Positions 57,645-64,000 of a stretch of 64,000 nucleotides of DNA are shown here, in pieces. Location of the stretch: assembly GCA_965247095.1 (NCBI GenBank), contig OZ251997.1:2720001-2784000 (forward strand). Direction: 5' to 3'. The notes under the pieces are model-generated. The model was given only the letters and a program-made list of their open reading frames with translations. It did no database searches and had not been told where the DNA came from. How positions within the stretch are numbered: position 1 is the stretch's first letter; each line of letters opens with the position of its first letter. Made by a program: the position numbers and the translations under genes. Source of the stretch: Candidatus Multivorans sp. GTDB taxonomy: Bacteria; Acidobacteriota; Thermoanaerobaculia; Multivoradales; Multivoraceae.

Positions 57645-59438
57645 GTGAAGAGTACTGGCCGGCTCGAACGCGGGTTGGTGGTTGTGACCCTTACTCTGAG
57701 CGTCGGGTTCGGCGCCGCATTGTCAGCCCAGGGGGCGTCGGGGTCGACGTTCGTGCCCGTGACGGACGAGATGCTCCAGAACCCGCCGGCGTCGGAGTGG
57801 CTGATGTTCCGTCGCACGCTGGACAGTTGGGGTTACAGCCCGCTGGACCAGATCGATCGCGAGAACGTGCAGCGGTTGAGCCTGGTCTGGGCACGCGAAG
57901 TCGGCGTGGGGACATCCGAGATCACACCCCTGGCGTATGACGGCGTGCTCTACATTCCCTCGGTCGACGATGTGATCGAGGCGGTGGACTCGGCGACCGG
58001 GGACTTCATCTGGCGCTACACGCGCGAGCTGCCCAGCGACCTCTACGCGCAGGTGGGCTTCAACGCGAAGAACAACCGCAACATCGCGATCTACGACCGC
58101 CTGATCCTGAACAACAGCGACGACAACTACGCCTTCGCGCTGGACGCCGAGACCGGAGAGATGGTCTGGGAGACGCAGATCCTGGACTGGCAGGTCAATC
58201 CCGCCACGCACAGTTCGGGTCCGATCGTCGCCGGTGGACGGGTGGTTTCCGGAAGAAGTTGCCGGCCGTGGGGCGGCCCGGAATCCTGCATCATGATCGC
58301 GCTCGACGCGCTCACCGGGAAGGAACTCTGGCGGCGGCGGACGATGCCCGCGCCCGGCGAGCCCGGCGACGAGACCTGGGGCGACGTGCCCTTCGAGAAG
58401 CGGCGCCACGTCGGCACCTGGATGGTGCCCAGCTACGACCCGGAGCTCGAACTCATCTACTTCGGCACTGCCGTCACCTCGCCGGCGCCGAAGTTCATGC
58501 TCGGCGGCGTGGACTTGACCCACCTGTACCACAACTCGACCCTGGCGCTTGAGGCCGACACCGGCGAGATCCGGTGGTACTTCCAGCACCTGAACGACCA
58601 CTGGGATCTGGATCATCCCTTCGAGCGGATCCTGGTCGACCTCCCGGTGTCGCCCGATCCGGAGGCGGTGCGCTGGATCCGGTCGGACCTCGAGCCCGGA
58701 GAGACGCGCAAAGTGATGACGGGAATCCCCGGCAAGACCGGCCTCGTCTACACGCTGGACCGCGAAACGGGCGAGTTCCTCTGGGCCAGGCCGACGGTGC
58801 CGCAGAACGTGGTGGTCGACATCGACGAGACCACGGGGCGCGCGGTGGAGAACACCGAGATCATCTTCACCGAGCTGGAGCAGGAGATGCTCGTGTGCCC
58901 GACCTGGATCGGCGGCAAGGACTGGGAGGCCGGCGCCTACAGCCCCCTGACCCAGACGATGTATTACCCGCTGCGCAACCAGTGCGCGAGGATGCTGGTG
59001 ACCGGGGATGTGGAGAGCCCGCGAGCCCAGGCGATGCAGCAGCAGGTCGCGATCTACAACCTGGCCGCGGATCACATCCAGGCGCCCGGCGAGGAGTACC
59101 TCGGCACGGTCTACGCGATCTCGGCCATAACAGGCGAAACGAAGTGGCTGTTCGAGACCGAGGCCTCGACCTACTCGGTGGTCGCCACCGGCGGCGGCCT
59201 GATCTTCGGCGGCGACGCGAGTGGACGCTTCCGCGCCTTCGACCACGAGACCGGCGAGGTGCTGTGGGAGGTGAACCTCGGGGCCCCCGCCATGGGCTAC
59301 CCGATCTCCTACGCCGTCGACGGTCGCCAATACGTGGCCATCTCGACCGGGCCCGGAAGTCTCAGGAACACTCCCGCCGGCGCCGCGCGCGCCCGCGGCG
59401 GCAACCTGTACGTCTTCGCTCTGCCCCAGCGCCGCTGA
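57645..59438 (+). CDS. PQQ-binding beta-propeller dehydrogenase
   Basis: Signal peptide, YSPLDQID, SYDPEL, DHWDLD and PISYAVDGRQYV. Confidence 0.9.
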   Translation: MKSTGRLERGLVVVTLTLSVGFGAALSAQGASGSTFVPVTDEMLQNPPASEWLMFRRTLDSWGYSPLDQIDRENVQRLSLVWAREVGVGTSEITPLAYDGVLYIPSVDDVIEAVDSATGDFIWRYTRELPSDLYAQVGFNAKNNRNIAIYDRLILNNSDDNYAFALDAETGEMVWETQILDWQVNPATHSSGPIVAGGRVVSGRSCRPWGGPESCIMIALDALTGKELWRRRTMPAPGEPGDETWGDVPFEKRRHVGTWMVPSYDPELELIYFGTAVTSPAPKFMLGGVDLTHLYHNSTLALEADTGEIRWYFQHLNDHWDLDHPFERILVDLPVSPDPEAVRWIRSDLEPGETRKVMTGIPGKTGLVYTLDRETGEFLWARPTVPQNVVVDIDETTGRAVENTEIIFTELEQEMLVCPTWIGGKDWEAGAYSPLTQTMYYPLRNQCARMLVTGDVESPRAQAMQQQVAIYNLAADHIQAPGEEYLGTVYAISAITGETKWLFETEASTYSVVATGGGLIFGGDASGRFRAFDHETGEVLWEVNLGAPAMGYPISYAVDGRQYVAISTGPGSLRNTPAGAARARGGNLYVFALPQRR

Positions 59439-59497
59439 GGCGCCGGATTTCTTAAGAAGCGTTAGGATTCGGCCCTTGAAATCACCGGTGCCGTCGA

Positions 59498-61234
59498 ATG
59501 TCCTCGCTTCCTGACCGCCGCTCCTACGGCTTCGGCCCGTACCTGCTCGATGTGGGTCAGCGCCGGCTGCTCCGGGACGGGCGCCCGATAGGGATGCGCC
59601 CGAAGATCTTCGACACCCTGCGGGCGCTGGTCGAGAACAACGACCGCCTCCTCCACAAGGAGGAGTTGATGGCGATGGTGTGGCCCGGTACCACGGTCGA
59701 GGAGAGCAACCTCACGCACAACCTTTCCGTGCTGCGGAAGATCCTGGGGCAGAGCAAGGAGACCCAGTACGTCGTCACGGTTCCCGGCCGGGGCTACCGA
59801 TTCACGGCCCCGGTCGAGGTCTCTCTTGAAGGGTCGATCGCGGTCCGGCCCTTCGCCAACATGAGCCCCGACCCGGATCAGGCCTTCTTCTGCGATGGGG
59901 TGGCGGAAGAACTGATCGACACGTTGGCCGCGGTCGAGGGCCTGAGGGTTGTGGGCCGAACATCTTCCTTTGACCGCCGACTGAGGAAACTCAGCGCTTC
60001 CTCGGTTGGCGAGAAACTGGGGGTATCGGCGATTCTCGAGGGTAGCCTGCGGAAGGCGGGGGACCGGCTGCGGGTCTCGGCACAGTTGATCCGGACGTCG
60101 GATAGCACTCAGCTCTGGTCCGAGCGCTACGATCGGGAACTGGGAGACGTCTTCGAGATCCAGGAGGACATCGCGCGCGCGATCGTGGATCGCGTGCGCA
60201 CGAAGCTGCTGGATCCGCACCCGGGTCCGGTGGTGGCGCGTCACACGCAAAACCCGGACGTCTATCGCCTCTACCTGGAGGCGCGGTATTGCGTCAATCA
60301 ACAGACCGAGAGCCGTATCCAACAGGCGATCGGGTTTCTGGATCGGGCGCTCGAGATGCAACCGGAGTTCGCCCGCGGCCACGCACTACTCGGGGTGTGC
60401 TACGCGAACCTCGTGGCCTACGGCTTCCTGCCGGTGGACGAGACGGTGGTCAAGGCGAGGGAAGCAGTGCAGCGGGCGCTGGAACTCAACGACTCGAGTG
60501 TGCTCGCGTACCGGGCCTTGGGTCTTGTGAGCACGTTCCAATGGGACTGGTCAACAGCGCAACGGGCTTTCCTGCGGGCTCTGCAGCTCGATCCAGATAA
60601 CTCGACCGCCCACTACTCGTACGGAAACCATTTCCTGTCGCCGGTCGGCCGTGTCGAGGAAGCGGAACGCCAGATCAGAGCTGCCGTAGAGTTGGATCCT
60701 CTGGCGCCCCTGTTCAGCCAGGGTCTATGCCAGATCCTCTACTACACGCGCCGCTACGAAGAGGCCATCGACCAGGCTCGTCACACACTCGCCCTGGAAG
60801 GGGACTATCCAATAGTGCGCTCGCTGCTGGCGGCCTGCTACAGCGCCATGGGTCGCACGGACGAGGCGATCCATGAGCGCCAGGTGCACCTGCGGAATAC
60901 CGGCGGCGAAGAGGAAGCGGAGGCAATCGGGAGGATCTACGCGCAGAAGGGCGAGCCGGGAGTGCTTCGCTGGATGGTCGATCAGCGATTGGAGCAGGTG
61001 AATGCCAGGAATGTCCGTTCTGCCTCCCTGGCGATCCTCTACGGCTGGCTCGACGAAAAGGAACCTGCTCTGTTCTGGTTGGAAGACGCCGTGAAGGCGA
61101 GGCTTGGCGCCGTTCTATGGACCAAGGTGCATCCAGCGTTCGACTGCCTGCGCAACGAGCCGCGGTTCAACGAGTTGGTGGACAGTATGGGCGTGAACGA
61201 TCCCCGCGTGGCGATGCCCGGCGCGGTCGCCTAG
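59498..61234 (+). CDS. CadC-type winged-helix + TolB-like + TPR protein
   Basis: YGFGPYLLD...VEESNL...TVPGRGYRF, SIAVRPFANMS and C-terminal TPRs. Confidence 0.88.
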   Translation: MSSLPDRRSYGFGPYLLDVGQRRLLRDGRPIGMRPKIFDTLRALVENNDRLLHKEELMAMVWPGTTVEESNLTHNLSVLRKILGQSKETQYVVTVPGRGYRFTAPVEVSLEGSIAVRPFANMSPDPDQAFFCDGVAEELIDTLAAVEGLRVVGRTSSFDRRLRKLSASSVGEKLGVSAILEGSLRKAGDRLRVSAQLIRTSDSTQLWSERYDRELGDVFEIQEDIARAIVDRVRTKLLDPHPGPVVARHTQNPDVYRLYLEARYCVNQQTESRIQQAIGFLDRALEMQPEFARGHALLGVCYANLVAYGFLPVDETVVKAREAVQRALELNDSSVLAYRALGLVSTFQWDWSTAQRAFLRALQLDPDNSTAHYSYGNHFLSPVGRVEEAERQIRAAVELDPLAPLFSQGLCQILYYTRRYEEAIDQARHTLALEGDYPIVRSLLAACYSAMGRTDEAIHERQVHLRNTGGEEEAEAIGRIYAQKGEPGVLRWMVDQRLEQVNARNVRSASLAILYGWLDEKEPALFWLEDAVKARLGAVLWTKVHPAFDCLRNEPRFNELVDSMGVNDPRVAMPGAVA

Positions 61235-61314
61235 CCCGCTAGCAGCTACGCTACGAGTAAGGGACCACGACCCGCAGGCGTCGCGCGTGGCGCTGAGAGG
61301 AACGTCTGGACGCG

Positions 61315-62121
61315 ATGACCACTCGACTTTCGCAACGCTACGGCGGCGCCGCCCTGATTACAGGCGCCTCCAGCGGTATCGGGGAGGCCTACGCGCGGCG
61401 GCTTGCCGATGAGGGCATGGAACTGGTGTTGGTCGCACGGCGCACCGACCGGCTCGAGAAGCTGGCGCGGGAACTGCGCTCGGCCTCGGGTGTGACGGTC
61501 CATGTCGTTCCCCAGGACCTTGGGGAGCGCGCCGGCCCGCGGCTCGTCTTCGAGGCCGTCGACGATCTCGGGATCGAGGTCGGCATGCTGGTGTCGAACG
61601 CCGGCTTCGGCACTTACGGCCCCTTCGTCGAGCAGGATCCCGAGCTTCAACTGCAGATCGTCGAGGTCAACAACCGGGCGGCCGTGGGGCTGGCGACGAT
61701 TCTCGCTCCGCGGCTCGTTGAGCGCGGTCGCGGCGCGCTGATCTTCCTGTCGAGCACGGCGGCCTACCAGCCGGTGGCGTTCGAGGCGGTCTACGGTGCG
61801 TCGAAGGCGTTCAACCTGATGTTCGGCGAAGCGCTCTGGGCGGAGCTCTCGGAGCACGGAATCGACGTCATCGTGCTGTCGCCGGGATTCACGCCCACCG
61901 AGTACCAGAAGAAGGCCGGCATGGGCGAGCCCGAGCCGGTGACCGGTTGGACGAGCCCCGAGCAGGTGGTGGACGCCAGCCTGCGTCGGCTCGGCCGCGC
62001 CTCCTCGGTCGTACCGGGCTGGCGCAACCGCGTCGTCATCTTCCTGATGCGCATCCTGACGCGGCGCGCGGCGGCGCGCCTAACCTACCGGGTCAACAAC
62101 CCGGCCGGCCGATCAGGGTAG
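61315..62121 (+). CDS. short-chain dehydrogenase/reductase
   Basis: TGASSGIG, SNAGFG and YGASK. Confidence 0.93.
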   Translation: MTTRLSQRYGGAALITGASSGIGEAYARRLADEGMELVLVARRTDRLEKLARELRSASGVTVHVVPQDLGERAGPRLVFEAVDDLGIEVGMLVSNAGFGTYGPFVEQDPELQLQIVEVNNRAAVGLATILAPRLVERGRGALIFLSSTAAYQPVAFEAVYGASKAFNLMFGEALWAELSEHGIDVIVLSPGFTPTEYQKKAGMGEPEPVTGWTSPEQVVDASLRRLGRASSVVPGWRNRVVIFLMRILTRRAAARLTYRVNNPAGRSG

Positions 62122-62141
62122 AGCAGTGACGGCGCAAGCCC

Positions 62142-62825
62142 CTAGCTCGCGGTGGCTTCGCTCCCCTCGCGCAGCCCGGCGTAGTTGTCCTCAAGGAACT
62201 CCTCGAGTTCGTCGGTATCGAAGTTGAACGGTCCCATCCCGCCCTTGTAGGCGATGATGCCGCCCCTGTCGATCACGTAGATGCGCTCCGGCCAGCCGGC
62301 GTAGCAGGCATTGGCGGTGTTGGCGATGTCGTCCACCAGGGTTCGCGTCTTGACATCCATCGCTTCGACGAACTCCTTGGCGAGGTCCATGCGGTCAACC
62401 ATCGTCTTCGGCTGATTGAAGATCAGTTCGTTGGTCACGTTCTTGGGCGCTTGCCACTCGTCGTCGGGGTGGGCTTCCTTGATGTAGATGTAGCTGAACT
62501 CGACCGCCGGGCTCCACTCTTCTCGCACCTCTTCGAGCCGGGCCACACGGGCCCGGAAGGGCGGTCACGTGTAGCTGCCGAAGACGAGCACGAGGGGCTT
62601 GGCAGCCCACAGGGCGGAGAGGCGCATCGGATCGCCGCCGACCAGGTCCAAGGGCAGGTCGGGGGCGAAGTCGCCGACCTGGAGGATGCCCTCCGTGCGA
62701 ATGTCGTACTCGTTGAGCCGGATGAGTCCGCGCTCCGCCAGGAAGCGGTAGGTCTTGAAGCCACCCCATCCGAGGACACCGAGGATGACCAGACTGACAA
62801 CGACTATCGTGACCCAGCGGTTCAT
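62142..62825 (-). CDS. iodothyronine deiodinase-like selenoprotein (Sec at UGA 62565-62567)
   Basis: ORFs 62565..63188 and 62142..62546 are in frame across the TGA, giving PLVLVFGSYT-U-PPF...YIYIKEAHPDDEW...YAGWPERIYVI...YKGGMGP. AGGAG RBS before ATG 62825. Confidence 0.9.
62531..62564 (-). promoter_or_regulatory. putative bacterial SECIS element
   Basis: Just 3' of the UGA: CCGGGCC-CGUGU-GGCCCGG perfect hairpin (62538-62556) with GU in the apical loop; an alternative register adds a CUUC/GAAG lower stem. Confidence 0.75.
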
Positions 62826-62872
62826 GGCGGACTCTCCTCGTGGTATGGGGCGGAAACTATAGCGGAACCGCG

Positions 62873-64000
62873 CTAGGCGGCCTTTCCGACCACGGAGACG
62901 CAGCTCACGCAGTTGCCGGGAAGTCCTCCGAGGTTGTGGGTCAGTCCGATGCGCGGGTCGGCGACCTGCCGTTCGCCGGCCTCGCCGCGCAGTTGTAGCC
63001 AGATCTCGTACATCATGCGCAGGCCGCTGGCGCCGATCGGGTGGCCGAAGCTCTTGAGTCCGCCGTCGGAATTGATCGGCTGGCGACCGTCGAGTTGGAA
63101 GCGGCCGTCCAGGCAGTCTTTCCAGGCCTTGCCGCGCTCGGAGAATCCGAGGTCCTCCATCAGCACCAGCTCGGTCGGAGTAAAGCAATCGTGGACCTCC
63201 GCCAGACTGATTTCCTCGCGCGGGTTGGTGATGCCGGCCTGCCGGTACGCGTCCTCGGCGCTCGCGACGACTTCGGGGAAGGTGGTGAAGTCATAGTCCG
63301 GTTTCTTGACTCCTTCGGCCGGCCCGACGACGAATCCGACGCCCTTCAAGAGAAGCGGGTCGTCGCAGTAGCGGTGGGCGTCCTCGGCCCGGCAGAGGAC
63401 CGCGGCGGCAGCGCCGTCGCTTACTCCCGAGCAGTCGAAGAGCCCGAGCTTGCCGGCGATCGCAGGAGAGGACTTGATCCGTTCCAGCGGTACCTCGCGC
63501 CGGAACTGGGCCTTGGGGTTCTTGGCCCCATTGGCGTGGTTCTTGTACGCGATCCGGGACAGCACGTCCTTCAGCGTGTCTTCGCTGACGCCGTACTTCT
63601 CGGCGTAGGCCGGCACGATCATGGAGAACGCCGCCGGCGGCGTCATCTCGAGTTCGGTGCCGTCTGTCGTCGGATTCAGATCGAAGAGCCCGGAGTAGCC
63701 CGAGTCCTTCAGCTTCTCGACACCGAGGGCCATGACGATGTCGTAAGCGCCGCTGGCGACCGCATAGGCCGCGTTGCGCAGAGCTTCGCTACCGGTGGCG
63801 CAGAAGTTCTCCACGTGGGTGACCGGCTTGTAGCGAATCTTCAACGGCTCGGCGAGGAGCAGACCCGAGGCGAGGGTGCCGGCGCTGCCGAGCCAGAAGG
63901 CGTCGATCTCGGCGAGATCGAGCCCCGCCGAAACGAGTGCCTCTTGCGACGCCGTCAGGGAAAGATCGCCGATGCTCTGATCCCAGTGCTCTCCGAAGGA
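62873..64000 (-). CDS. thiolase family (SCP-x/acetyl-CoA acetyltransferase-like) protein; start lies beyond the window
   Basis: FGEHWD, ENFCATG, SDGAAA, EVHDCF, GHPIGASG and HNLGG; frame open to position 64000. Confidence 0.92.
   Translation of the reverse strand, partial: SFGEHWDQSIGDLSLTASQEALVSAGLDLAEIDAFWLGSAGTLASGLLLAEPLKIRYKPVTHVENFCATGSEALRNAAYAVASGAYDIVMALGVEKLKDSGYSGLFDLNPTTDGTELEMTPPAAFSMIVPAYAEKYGVSEDTLKDVLSRIAYKNHANGAKNPKAQFRREVPLERIKSSPAIAGKLGLFDCSGVSDGAAAAVLCRAEDAHRYCDDPLLLKGVGFVVGPAEGVKKPDYDFTTFPEVVASAEDAYRQAGITNPREEISLAEVHDCFTPTELVLMEDLGFSERGKAWKDCLDGRFQLDGRQPINSDGGLKSFGHPIGASGLRMMYEIWLQLRGEAGERQVADPRIGLTHNLGGLPGNCVSCVSVVGKAA

Noticed and set aside
62565-62567. Nonsense mutation (pseudogene) reading of the deiodinase TGA
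   Set aside because: The stop falls at the known Sec position, is followed by a SECIS-like hairpin, and both halves are otherwise intact.

Overview
High-GC bacterial chromosome segment. Gene content (type-2 IleRS, alpha2-type GlyQS, several PQQ quinoproteins, CadC-wHTH/TPR protein, DUF3604, ECF sigma/anti-sigma/PDZ operon) suggests an Acidobacteriota-like, possibly host-associated genome; this taxonomic call is inference only. Most of the window is densely packed housekeeping and metabolic genes: ileS, rlmH, dksA-like, holA, mutM, an extended glmS, a Co-type nitrile hydratase operon, folD, HMG-CoA synthase, glyQS, msrA and rarA. Two AT-richer accessory patches are present: 15.9-20.2 kb (DUF1156-type methyltransferase plus PD-(D/E)xK nucleases) and 51.3-53.9 kb (two TA pairs plus decayed defence genes). 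Highlights: (1) a membrane-anchored iodothyronine-deiodinase-like selenoprotein that the ORF track splits at an in-frame UGA, with a SECIS-like hairpin just downstream; (2) a family of double-hairpin palindromic repeats with compensatory base changes, some lying in frame inside protein N-termini; (3) a highly structured 370-bp non-coding locus between convergent genes; (4) a DksA fused to a ~450-aa Ala/Lys-rich helix; (5) repeated leaderless-type promoters and several internally deleted gene remnants. No rRNA, tRNA or CRISPR array was seen. All family assignments come from motif recognition by eye, not from database searches.
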